Source of the DNA: Opitutales bacterium
Lineage (GTDB): Bacteria; Verrucomicrobiota; Verrucomicrobiia; Opitutales; UBA2987
Direction of reading: 5' to 3'
DNA: 64,000 bases
Assembly: GCA_965226885.1 (NCBI GenBank)
Contig: CBDDEL010000016.1
Coordinates: 608,001 to 672,000, forward strand
Shown here: positions 1-9,338 of the stretch, piece after piece
Position numbering within the stretch: position 1 is the stretch's first letter
How the letters are laid out: each line of letters opens with the position of its first letter
Made by a program: the position numbers and the translations under genes
The notes under the pieces: generated by a model
The model's input: the letters and a program-made list of their open reading frames with translations, nothing else
What the model was told of the DNA's origin: nothing
Database searches by the model: none

Positions 1-1178
1 AAACGAAGATAACTTCCTCTGTGCTCCCGGAGTCGACAAACTGCCAGCCGTGCTCGTCATGGTAAATCCACGGCCAGAAATCGACGTTATAGTTCATATA
101 CCATGAGGAAGCTTTCCAGCCGGCAAAGCCCACAATGGATTCGCCACCGAAGATGTCTGCAATGGAAGTTTGGGAAAACTTCTGGATGCGGACATTGTTC
201 GCGTCCACCACATAAACGTTGCCGGAACTATCTACTGCCACACCTTTTGGATTAAAAAACTGCCCGTCGCCTGAGCCGATAGCCCCCCACTTGGTAAGGA
301 AAGTGCCGATGGTGTCGAATTTCTGGATGCGGTGGTTGACTGCGTCCGCCACATAAACATTGCCGGAACTGTCAACTGCCACGCCCACGCCTTGTGGTAA
401 ATTAAACTCTCCGTCGCCAGTGCCGAGTGCGCCCCACTTGAGAATGAAATTTCCGCTGCTGTCGAATTTCTGGATGCGGTGGTTTTCTTGGTCCACCACA
501 TAAACTTTGCCGGAACTATCCACCGCAACGCCGACTGTATCCAACACCCCGCGGACTGGAAAATTAAACTGCCCATCGCCTGAGCCGAAAGCGCCCCACT
601 TGTTAAGGTAAGTGCCGCTACTGTCGAATTTCTGGATGCGGTGGTTGCGTACGTCCGCCACATAAACATTGCCGGAACTATCAACCGCCACGCCATATGG
701 TAAATTAAACTGCCAACCGCCACGCCATATGGTAAATTAAACTGCCAACCGCCACGCCATATGGTAAATTAAACTGCCCGTCCCCTGAGCCGAAAGCGCC
801 CCACTTGGTAAGGAAAGTGCCGCTGTTGTTGAATTTCTGGATACGGTAGTTGAAGGAATCCGCCGCCACGTCAGCTGGACCACTAAACTGTCCGTCGCCG
901 CCGCCGTTTGTCCCCCACTTGGCAAGGAAAGTGCCGCTGCTGTCAAACTTCTGGATACGGTAGTTGAGGAACGAGTCCACCACATAAACATTGCCGGAAC
1001 TATCCACCGCCACGTCGACTGGACCACTAAACTGCCCATCTCCGCTGCCTCTTGTCCCCCATTTGAGTTCAAAAGAGGGAGGGGACTCTGCTCCCACAGT
1101 GGAAGCGAGCAGCAGAATACCTGAAATAAAGGTAAACCACCAGTGCGGAGGTCGTGACCACTTGGGAGAAGAAGTCAT
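1..1178 (-). pseudogene. Secreted NHL-repeat beta-propeller protein with Trp-rich C-terminal domain; frameshifted; runs off the window edge
   Basis: Signal peptide, then about 6 repeats of WG..GSGDGQF..P..VAVDSSGNVYV.D..N.RIQKF. The frame is broken by a 3x32-bp tandem repeat (683-778). The downstream frame continues ...GWKASSWYMNYNVDFWPWIYHDEHGWQF with no stop to position 1. Confidence 0.85.
683..778. repeat. Perfect tandem repeat, 3 x 32 bp (AACCGCCACGCCATATGGTAAATTAAACTGCC)
   Basis: Units at 683-714, 715-746 and 747-778. Confidence 0.95.
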
Positions 1179-1790
1179 TGAGGGACAAATAACAATCTAA
1201 TCCTGAATTACAAGCTCGCACACGCAGAAATCCGGGGAAGCCGGAAGAAGCGTTCCAAATCACCAAATCCGTGTTCTCCATCCATTTTCGGGCATCTCAT
1301 TCGCCTCTCACAATCAGCGTCTATATTCGATTGAAAACTATTATCCCTTAAGGAAATATTAGTTTTATTCTGGTTTTTCCAAACGCGCTTTTTGTCGGAT
1401 AACAAATACTCCTTCTTCTTGGGCATCCCAAAACCCTTAACATATAGAGGGACCCAGATTTCCTTCCCTTGCATGTTGGTAAACCGAGAGTGTTTGAAGT
1501 CAAATTCCGTAGATTCAGTTCATTTGCCCGCTTCGGTGTAATGATGTTTCGCGATCTACCTGCACTTTCTGGGGAACGGGCACAACCAAGCACCCGGATA
1601 GGAGTAGTAAGTAGTAGGGACAGGGATACAGCAACATTGTGTATTTTCACCAAAACGAATTTTAACTTAAGCTAATCGACGTTAGTACCCGGTGTCTTTC
1701 AATGAAAGAACCGCGAGACCGCGCAATACTCACGGATCTTTTCCAGAGTCTTTTCCCTTGACTTGATCGGACCCCATCTTTGCTACCACT

Positions 1791-2720
1791 TTAAGTGAGA
1801 GTATTTCCGTAGGTTTGGTATTGTAGGTTTTGCAGCGGGTGGCGCAATGAGGCCGTAGGCCGAATGGAGCCAGCCGCTGCTTTGTTGATTGTTCGCCAGA
1901 GTCTGGCAAATGTATTTGGGGAGAGAAAGCCTAATCGGCTGTGGGGGTGTTTCGCGTTGTATTTGTGTCGCCATTGTTCGACCACCACACGCGCTTCGGT
2001 CACGCTCAGGAACAGTTCCTGGTTAAGGCATTCATCGCGCAAACGATTATGAAAGGATTCTATATGTCCATTCTGCCAAGGGCTTCCTGGATCAATGTAT
2101 GCGATGGCAATTTCCTGTCGCTGCAGTTCTTCTTTGACTTGGTGGGCTATAAACTCCGATCCGTTGTCCGAGCGGATGCACTGAGGTTTGCCGTTCTCTC
2201 TTATGGCATCGTTCAATACCTCTACCACATCGGCACTTTTCAGTGAGCGCGCAACCTTAATGGCCAGGCATTGACGGGTATGTTCATCGATCAGTGTCAA
2301 GAGCCTGAGCGGACCGCCCCGGTCGGTGCGATCCGCCACGAAGTCCCAACTCCACACATGGTTGGGCTGCACTGCTCGGGTCGGGGTAGCCGTGGATTGG
2401 CCCTGCCGGCGACGGCGCTTGCCAGACGGGCGCACACCCAGTCCTTCGAAACGACGCACTTTTTGGACGAATTTGCGACTCACGGGCCAACCTTCATGGG
2501 CCAACAAAGCGCGGATCCGACGATAGCCATAGCGCGGATGCTTCTTCGAAAAGGCAATGATGCGTGCCACCAGTTTATGCCTATACTCAGTAGCTTTCTT
2601 GGGTTCATACAGGTAGGTTGAGCGGTGCAACCCAAAATACTGACAGGCCCGACGCAGCGAGCACGACCCTTGGGCCAATACATGCTTCACCGCTTCCTTT
2701 TTCTGCTTCGGGCCTACCAT
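1791..2720 (-). CDS. IS3 transposase OrfB (rve/DDE)
   Basis: Motifs YGYRRI, WSWDF, IRSDNGSEF, PWQNGHIESF. Confidence 0.92.
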   Translation of the reverse strand: MVGPKQKKEAVKHVLAQGSCSLRRACQYFGLHRSTYLYEPKKATEYRHKLVARIIAFSKKHPRYGYRRIRALLAHEGWPVSRKFVQKVRRFEGLGVRPSGKRRRRQGQSTATPTRAVQPNHVWSWDFVADRTDRGGPLRLLTLIDEHTRQCLAIKVARSLKSADVVEVLNDAIRENGKPQCIRSDNGSEFIAHQVKEELQRQEIAIAYIDPGSPWQNGHIESFHNRLRDECLNQELFLSVTEARVVVEQWRHKYNAKHPHSRLGFLSPNTFARLWRTINKAAAGSIRPTASLRHPLQNLQYQTYGNTLT

Positions 2721-2980
2721 TTTTTTGCGTTCACCTCCTTGAGCACACGGTTCTCCAGCATCTGCTCGGCTACTATCTTCTTAAGCTGCGTGTTTTCGCG
2801 CTCCAGCTCCTTCAGCCGCTTGGCGCCACGCAGCTCCATGCGGCCATACTTTTTACGCCAACGATGGTAGCTTTGAGGACTGATATTGTGGGACCGACAG
2901 ACATCCTGAATGCCTTTGCCTGCGTCTACTTCGCGCAGTATCGTTATGATTTGTTCAGGGGTGTATCTTTTTTGCTTCAT
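2714..2980 (-). CDS. IS3 transposase OrfA (HTH)
   Basis: MKQKRYTPEQII...SYHRWRKKYG...LKELERENTQLKK. Ends in an A-run (KKW*) overlapping orfB, a likely programmed -1 frameshift site. Confidence 0.9.
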   Translation of the reverse strand: MKQKRYTPEQIITILREVDAGKGIQDVCRSHNISPQSYHRWRKKYGRMELRGAKRLKELERENTQLKKIVAEQMLENRVLKEVNAKKW

Positions 2981-4535
2981 AGGTCTTTCCGGTAATTTCT
3001 CCAGAAAGACTCTCACTGGCAATGGTAGTGTTTTCGGCGGTCACATCAGACTGGAGCAGTTCCTTGACTGGAGCAGTTGAGAGAACGTCAGCGACCGGGC
3101 GGATCCATTGAGCAACGAATCGCGATTTACCGACTATCCCCCTCTCTAATAGTTGATACCAGATCGCCAACACCGATCCATCCTTACCGGCTACCAACTT
3201 CATAACCTCATACCCTCTTCCGATAATTAGAGGTTGGGACCAGATTCCGTTTTCAAACCGCAAATAGCTGATCGGCGTATTAACCTCTTTTCCGCTCTGC
3301 AGAATCAGGGCATGAAAAATTCCATGCCTTCCAGAAGCGACATGAAGCTGCCGAGTATTTCTCGCCAACTCTATTTCAGCACCAACTTCACTGCCGGAAA
3401 TCAAGCGGGAGTACGCCGATGTGCTTCGCGGTGCTCTCCTCTCCCCCCCCCAGCGCAAACCGCTTCGGCGAACTTCTGCGTTCAGGACGGATAAGGTAAG
3501 CGACCATGACCGTATCTGATTCACCGTCTATCGCTAAATCGAAAAGGCCATCGAAGTTTTTTGTGCCACCAAGCGAAAAATAATAGACGTGCGGTATTTC
3601 CAGCGGCAGACCTTTGATAAGCGTATAGGCAATGCCGTCATTCGCAACGTGACTCGCGATGGGTTGATGATACCCGGGATCCTCCGAATCCAGAACGACA
3701 AATCTTACGAACGGTTGTCGGTCAACGATGTAGAAAAAATACACCCGGCCCCGGTCGCTGTATAACGGAACATTCAGATTGACTTGTGACGGGTCGTCCG
3801 CGTCAACAAGGAAGTATCCCCGCGTCTGATCTCCTTGCTCCCATTTAATAATAAGCTTTTTTGCCTTGTCAGGAAAAGGCATTCCCGGAGAGAAACCCGC
3901 GCCACCGAGCCCTGCGCCATCCCATATCAATCGCCATGGCGTTCCCGCACCCTTGATCTGCGAAATAGCAAAACTGAAAAACTCGTCCCGTTTCGAATCG
4001 TAGATTGGAACCCATCTCCCCCGATCAATTGTTGTATCCGCCCATATCCGATCGTCGGACCTCAGCACCGTTTTCCACGGGACTGCCATTTCCTCCGGTT
4101 GTTCCTCCAAGGTCCAGGACCCTTTCCGGTGTGTAAAATGGCCTTTTGGACAGACGACATGGAAGATTCCTTCGCCGTCGAGATATGCGTGGGATACGGC
4201 GAAATTCCAGCCATCGGGAGCTAATAATCCTTTGCCATTGAATAACTCATTTGCCGGGTAGCTCTCGCTGTTCCCATCGGGAAGCACCTTTACGTAATTG
4301 TGCGGGGACAATAAGTGCGCAACCCCTTCCGTGTCACATAGAGTTCGGGTGGGAGCTAATCCGCCAGTATCGATCTCGATCTCCGGTCCTATCGATACCA
4401 CGGCAACGATTTCGGGATGCGGCACTGCGCCGGCCTCAATTTCTTCAGCATGGCCGACGCCAACCAACAAAAGCAAGCAAGCTAACGTCCCGGCGCTAAC
4501 CGCCTTCTGATCCAGTGTCTTGTCAGCCGACGTTT

Positions 4536-4856
4536 TCATCGCTCAATAGCACGAATACGCGCAACCCGCTGTTCAAGTTTCCCGGCCTCCTTCTTCCGAT
4601 CTATGGCTCGATAAAGCCCAGCCAATTTCTCAAGGCTGAAGGCCACATCGGCATGGTCCGGGCCAGCGTTTTTCTCGGCCACCTCCAGAGACTTCTTGGC
4701 GACAACGACAGCGCGGTCATAATTGCCCTCCTGATAGAGCGTTTGCGCCTCTTGATTGAGGATGTCCCATTCAATGCCCGCGCCTTGGGATAAGGCAAGC
4801 AACGCACTCAGATGTAGTAATGCGAGAATTGCGCGTGCTGGTGTAATCCGTTTCAT
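4536..4856 (-). CDS. Short secreted tetratricopeptide-repeat protein (TPR_12-like)
   Basis: Signal peptide, then LYQEGNYDRA...AEKNAGPDHADVAFSLEKLAGLY. ATGA overlap with the downstream gene. Confidence 0.75.
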   Translation of the reverse strand: MKRITPARAILALLHLSALLALSQGAGIEWDILNQEAQTLYQEGNYDRAVVVAKKSLEVAEKNAGPDHADVAFSLEKLAGLYRAIDRKKEAGKLEQRVARIRAIER

Positions 4857-5128
4857 TCTCACCTTGTTACTGTACCTTTGAGAGTTAATGTTTTTGTATT
4901 GTACGGGCTTTGCCAGCAATCGCAGCTTTCACAGCCATTTCAGGGGAATCTATTGGGGGGATTCCAAGAATGGTCGTATATTGCTTCTCGCCTTTTTCGT
5001 CAGTGAAATACCATGCAAAGCAATTCTTGGCTTTAGGGTAGCCTATAAGGTCGAATATCTCGACTTCGCCCTTCCTCCCATGCTACTTGCCCTTGGAAAA
5101 CCTCTTTGACGAGCTTTGAGCCTATATA

Positions 5129-6952
5129 GAGGCTGTCCCAAAAGGGTGATTTTTGCGAGGGCTTTTGATAGGCGCTCATTTTAGAGGTATTTGCATTTGG
5201 GAGAGTATCAACTTTGCTCTCCTATGACGTTAGGATACTGGTTTTGGGGTCCGGTTGCCTGGTTTTCTTTGTATGAGCCGACAGTAAGGCTGTGAAAAAG
5301 TATTGTCCTTGCTTTTCCGCTCTCTAGGCCGCCGCTTTGGTTTTTAGTTCGTCTTGCTGGGCCAGCATCTTGGCTACTTTCCATAGGTTGTGCGAGAGTA
5401 CCGACCAGGCTACGCTGATCGAGCGGTTGGCAAAGCCTTTGCTGCGCAACCGCCCGGCCTGCCAGCGATTCTTCAATACCCCGATCCGCCCTTCGGTGCT
5501 GGCCCGGCGCTTTTGCAATTGTCTGAACAGTGGTTCCTCCATCCGTTTTTTCAACTGCTTCGGATCGCGTGGACAGAGCGCGTCGTAGATTCCCTCCTGG
5601 GCTAACTGCCGGCGGGCCCGCTGGGAGGCAAATCCCCGGTCCGCGCACATGGCCGCTATGGGTTCTTCCAGGTTGAAGCGGTTCTGTCTTTGCAAACTCT
5701 CTTGCATTTGTTCATTTTCGCTTGGAGTTCGGCTGCCGTAGAGTTTCCAGTCCAGCAGGTACCCTTCAACGCTTTCTCCCAAAAACAGGGTGTTGCCGAA
5801 CTCGACCTCTTGGCCCGCTTTACCTCGCACAATCACCTGCACATCGAGTTCGTAAACACTCAAGACTTTCTCTGCGTTTTTCACCTGGCGGCCGCCAATG
5901 ATCCGCTCGTGCGCCTGTTTGATGACCACCGGGATTTGCTCGCTCATGCGCTCCATCCGGGCGAGGATCTGTTGGACCTGTTTTTCGCTGTAATCGCTTT
6001 GCTCCCAGCAGGCTTGCAATAATTCCCGGTGACTGCGGGCATGCTCCCCGATCCGTTTGAGCAGCTTTTTCATCTGCCTCAAGATACCCTTGCGCTGCCG
6101 CGCGCTGTCCTTTCGCCGCCGGCTGTGGGTCATCTGTATGCACAGCCGATTCATCTGCCGAGCCAAGGGCTCCGGTTCGATCGGCATGCGATGGCGCAAA
6201 CCGGCCTTCTCGCGGATCAGCCGGATCGCTTTGAGCAACGTGCCGGCTACATCCTTGAGTAATACCCAGTCCGTCGGCCAATGAATGTTAGCCTCCAAAC
6301 AGGTGCCGTCGATCAGGCAAATGGTGGGGTCAATCGGCTTGTCCAATCCCACCTGCCGGGCCAGAAGGGCATCGGCCACCACCTCAGTCAAGGTCCGGTG
6401 CAAGGCCCTCAACTGCTCTTCGCTGAAAAACTTCGAGGCCCGCTCCAGGGTGCTTTTGGAGATGCCCCTGATGCCATCGATCTGCCGGACACGGCAAAAG
6501 TCGGCCAACAGATCGCTGCTGCCCAGAGCCCGCGACAAATGCCGAAACGAAATCCCTCCGAGCAGACGGCCCAGCGTATCCATGCGCAGTGCCTTGATGG
6601 CAAAACTGGCCCGCTGCCGCCGGGCCTTTAGACCCATTGGCGGCCACCCCTCCAAGGCCAGCTCAATGGCCTGCGATTCCACCTCCGAGTCGATCAGCAG
6701 CCGATCGATTCGATCAATGGTGGCGCGGAAGTTATCGTAATCGAGGCACCGGTCGACCACAGTTAAAGCTGGACGCAGGAGGCATTGGATGGCTATATTT
6801 TTCATAGATCATAGAAAGGGCTATATTGATTTTCGCTAACTCAATTATAGAACCCTTTTTTGGCCGGATCGAGCAAAAACTTGCTCTTTCCGGCTCTTTT
6901 TATCAACGTCATCCAGTTGACTATAAAATCTTTATATTTTTGGGACAGCCTC
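5129..6952 (-). mobile_element. IS5/ISNCY-like insertion sequence, copy 1
   Basis: Terminal IRs GAGGCTGTCCCAAAA/TTTTGGGACAGCCTC. TSD TATATA (5123-5128, 6953-6958). Near-identical to 62093-63933. Confidence 0.92.
5324..6805 (-). CDS. DDE transposase (IS5/ISNCY-like)
   Basis: Motifs IDGT..EANIHWPTD..LL, EFG, ADRGF, R...EGRIG.LK. Confidence 0.88.
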   Translation of the reverse strand: MKNIAIQCLLRPALTVVDRCLDYDNFRATIDRIDRLLIDSEVESQAIELALEGWPPMGLKARRQRASFAIKALRMDTLGRLLGGISFRHLSRALGSSDLLADFCRVRQIDGIRGISKSTLERASKFFSEEQLRALHRTLTEVVADALLARQVGLDKPIDPTICLIDGTCLEANIHWPTDWVLLKDVAGTLLKAIRLIREKAGLRHRMPIEPEPLARQMNRLCIQMTHSRRRKDSARQRKGILRQMKKLLKRIGEHARSHRELLQACWEQSDYSEKQVQQILARMERMSEQIPVVIKQAHERIIGGRQVKNAEKVLSVYELDVQVIVRGKAGQEVEFGNTLFLGESVEGYLLDWKLYGSRTPSENEQMQESLQRQNRFNLEEPIAAMCADRGFASQRARRQLAQEGIYDALCPRDPKQLKKRMEEPLFRQLQKRRASTEGRIGVLKNRWQAGRLRSKGFANRSISVAWSVLSHNLWKVAKMLAQQDELKTKAAA

Positions 6953-7014
6953 TATATAGCGGCAATCACAGCCGTGCATGACTGTGATTGCGTCTGCTAA
7001 ATCTGCAATATCCT

Positions 7015-7225
7015 TCACTTCTCAATCTTTTCAACCAAATCGCTGACTGTCCAGATTGAATCCGTGACACCCGCTTCCATAGCAGGTGTGCAACGGAGGG
7101 AACCGTGAATCTTGACGAAATTGTAATTGTAATAGGCAAAGTTTAGGGCCACAGCCGCCTTGAAATTTTCCAGCTTTTTACTGAAAGCATTTGTCAACCG
7201 GCTCAACCTACGGCAGTGCATCCGC
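7015..7225 (-). pseudogene. C-terminal fragment of an IS1-like DDE transposase
   Basis: RMHCRRLSRLTNAFSKKLENFKAAVALNFAYYN(YN)F..IH.SLRCTPAMEAGVTD..W. The N-terminus is absent and there is a 6-bp duplication. Confidence 0.75.
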
Positions 7226-7482
7226 AAGGCAGGTTCTTTTTTCCTTTTTGCAAGAAATTGGATAAATGAACTGAATAATATGTGATTCGGCACTGGCTCA
7301 GATGCACGCCGCCCGCTGTCAGTAGTCCTGTCATTGTCGGCACACTGCGGTTGCTAAGCGGTTGCTAGAATAACAGTATCTCATAGCAATTTCGTGCAAC
7401 AGACTTCATTTATCTGCATTTCTTAAATTGTTGATGCATAAGTAATTAAGTGATAATCAATGAGTTATGTAATTTGATTGTT

Positions 7483-7512
7483 GTCGGTTCGATTCCGACC
7501 CACGCCTCCATT
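7483..7512 (+). other. att-like duplicate of the tRNA-Cys 3' end
   Basis: GTCGGTTCGATTCCGACCCACGCCTCCATT matches the reverse complement of 30163-30192 at 29/30 positions. Confidence 0.88.
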
Positions 7513-7687
7513 TATTTATCTTGTTAGTTATAAATGGCTTAAGTAGAATTAGATTTTCTATTAACTAAGATAATCGATATTGAATAGGGGGGTTTGCGAC
7601 TTGATTCATGGTAGTTGGGGATAATGAAATTGAAAGATTAAACCAGCATGCTTCATACTGGCCATGCATAAAGCCCACCTATCGCTG

Positions 7688-7829
7688 ATGGAAAAAGGAG
7701 TCTTCACGGTGATTACGGTATCGCCAGGCAAAGATCTCATCCGCACCTCGATATCGGCCTGCCGCAGCCAGGAAGACCTGGCAAAGATCGGCGAGGCCAT
7801 GGCCCATGTGGTGAAAGAATTGTATTAGC
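7688..7829 (+). pseudogene. Remnant resembling the C-terminus of a BioF/SPT-like PLP enzyme
   Basis: Translates as MEKGVFTVITVSPGKDLIRTSISACRSQEDLAKIGEAMAHVVKELY*. Family assignment is from recall only. Confidence 0.4.
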
Positions 7830-7898
7830 CTGACGGCCTTGCCTCAATTCTAAAGCGAGAAAAATTAAACTGCCTGACAGATACACCTGAATTGGTGT

Positions 7899-8105
7899 AT
7901 GGGCAGGACCAATATAGATTTAGACGATAAGCTAGTCCGCAAAGGGTTGAGCATTACTGGTTTCCGAACGAAAAAAGAATTGGTAAATTTCGCCCTTCAA
8001 GAGCTTCTTCGCATTGAAGAACAAAAGGGATTGTTAGAATTGGAGGGGCGCTTTCGATGGACTGGAAATCTTGAGGAATTGCGCAAAAATCGCTTCAAAC
8101 AATGA
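7899..8105 (+). CDS. vapB: Type II antitoxin, VapB family
   Basis: MGRTNIDLDDKLV...TKKELVNFALQE...W.GNLEELRKNR. ATGA overlap with the PIN toxin gene. Confidence 0.85.
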   Translation: MGRTNIDLDDKLVRKGLSITGFRTKKELVNFALQELLRIEEQKGLLELEGRFRWTGNLEELRKNRFKQ

Positions 8106-8493
8106 TTTTGATCGATACGAGCGTTTGGATCGACTTCCTTGAGGGTGCGGAAAATTCAGCCACCAGGTTGCTCAAGAAAAAATAGATGAGCGGGAATCTT
8201 TGGCTTTTACCGGATTGATTTTGTTGGAAATAATGCAAGGAATTGAAAGGCCGGTGGACAGAGAAAAAATCGAATCAAAGTTTGAACCTTTAATCGAACT
8301 GCATCCCCAACGCACAAGTTATCGATTGGCTGCGGAAATCTATCAACAGGTAAGAAGGGAAGGGCACACCATACGCAGTATTATCAACTGCCTGATTGCG
8401 GCGCTGGCTATGGAATCCGAGGCCTTCCTATTGCATAAGGACGGGGATTTTAACCGAATCGCCGACTATTTTCCCCTCCCTATTGTCAATTAG
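8102..8493 (+). pseudogene. vapC: VapC PIN-domain toxin, frameshifted
   Basis: MILIDTSVWIDFL... stops at TAG 8183 after an A6 run (8177-8182). One extra A joins it to the 8200-8493 frame (EIMQG...LLHKDGDF). Confidence 0.85.
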
Positions 8494-8528
8494 ATTCTGC
8501 ACGGCGGAGGGAGGTAAAGGTGTGCCTG

Positions 8529-9305
8529 TCAGGCCAGGCCTCTTTGGCTGGTTTGGATGAATTCGGTTATTTTTTTTACTATGGCCGAGTCACCGTTTTC
8601 CACCGAGGCCAGTTTTTGGAGGGCTTGGGTTTTATTTAATCCGCTGCGGTAGAGCAATTTAAATACCGTATGGGCCTGCCGGACGTCTTCCGCTGAATAG
8701 CCGTTGCGCTCCATTCCGATTTTGTTGACGGCGAGCACTTTGGCCGGGTTGCCGTCTGCAATCATGAAGGGGGGGACGTCCTGCACTACTTTGGCGCATC
8801 CGCCGAGAAAGGAATTGCGGCCGATGCGGCAGAATTGATGGATGGCCGTCAATCCGCCAATGATGGTAAAATCTTCAATGTCAACATGGCCGGCGAGGGT
8901 TGCGTTGTTGCTCATTACGACATGGCTGCCAATCGTGCATTCGTGGGCGATATGGGCATAGGCGAGAAAAAAGTTGTCATTGCCGATGATGGTGCAGCCA
9001 TTCTCGGTGGTGGCTGTGTGGACGGTGCAAAATTCACGGAATATGTTGCGGACACCAATTTTCAGGGGGGGGTGGCCACCGGCGAATTTCAAATCCTGGG
9101 ATTTGCCGCCAATCAGAGCGTAGGGAAAAATTTCGCATTCCGGCCCGAGGGAGGTGTTGCCTTCCACGGTGGCATGGTGGTGGACTACCGTGGAGGGGCC
9201 GATACGTACTTTGGGCCCGATATAGGCATAGGGGCCGATTTTTACGCCATCGTCAATTTGAGCACTTTTTTCGACCAGAGCGGTGGGATGTATTTCGGTA
9301 GCCAA
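8529..9305 (-). CDS. lpxA: UDP-N-acetylglucosamine O-acyltransferase
   Basis: Hexapeptide repeats; motifs QDLKF, IAHEC, LAGHV, IHQFCRIG, QDVPPF. Confidence 0.96.
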   Translation of the reverse strand: MATEIHPTALVEKSAQIDDGVKIGPYAYIGPKVRIGPSTVVHHHATVEGNTSLGPECEIFPYALIGGKSQDLKFAGGHPPLKIGVRNIFREFCTVHTATTENGCTIIGNDNFFLAYAHIAHECTIGSHVVMSNNATLAGHVDIEDFTIIGGLTAIHQFCRIGRNSFLGGCAKVVQDVPPFMIADGNPAKVLAVNKIGMERNGYSAEDVRQAHTVFKLLYRSGLNKTQALQKLASVENGDSAIVKKITEFIQTSQRGLA

Positions 9306-9338
9306 AGGCGGGATGCTGGATAGGAGTTGGGCGGGGTT

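Larger units (their letters stand above)
1764..3048 (-). mobile_element. IS3-family element (IS407-like), apparently complete
   Basis: Ends TGAT...ATCA with imperfect IRs sharing CTACCA..AGTGAGAGT. 4-bp TSD GACT at 1760-1763 and 3049-3052. Contains orfA and orfB. Confidence 0.9.
1699..4539 (-). pseudogene. Secreted hypothetical (beta-rich) protein, frameshifted at a G9 tract and interrupted near its C-terminus by IS3
   Basis: ORF 3388-4539 has a signal peptide. Removing one G from the G9 tract (3443-3451) joins it to the 2955-3524 frame. Removing the IS3 plus one TSD copy gives ...LLQSREKTLEKIREYCAVSRFFH* (stop 1699-1701). Confidence 0.65.
4885..7018 (-). pseudogene. Small hypothetical protein split by the IS5/ISNCY-like element and carrying an extra frameshift
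   Basis: The N-part VKDIADLADAITVMHGCDCRYI (6953-7018) joins across the TSD to GSKLVKEVFQGQVAWE. After a frameshift near 5072 it continues GEVEIFDLIGYPKAKNCFAW...ILGIPPIDSPEMAVKAAIAG. The start overlaps the stop of the IS1-like fragment. Confidence 0.65.

Noticed and set aside
683..778. 32-bp repeats as a CRISPR array or DGR template/variable repeats
   Set aside because: There are no spacers, the copies are identical and coding-derived, and no reverse transcriptase is in the window.
1208..1653. Short overlapping ORFs upstream of the NHL gene
   Set aside because: Probably a decayed small gene with a stop and frameshift; no family is recognisable.
7448..7474. dif/Xer-like site (ATAA-N8-TTATGTAA)
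   Set aside because: The spacer and XerC arm fit poorly; it is better explained as an IHF-like site in an att arm.
7483..7512. Second tRNA gene
   Set aside because: Only the T-arm and acceptor 3' strand are present; the upstream sequence cannot form D or anticodon arms.
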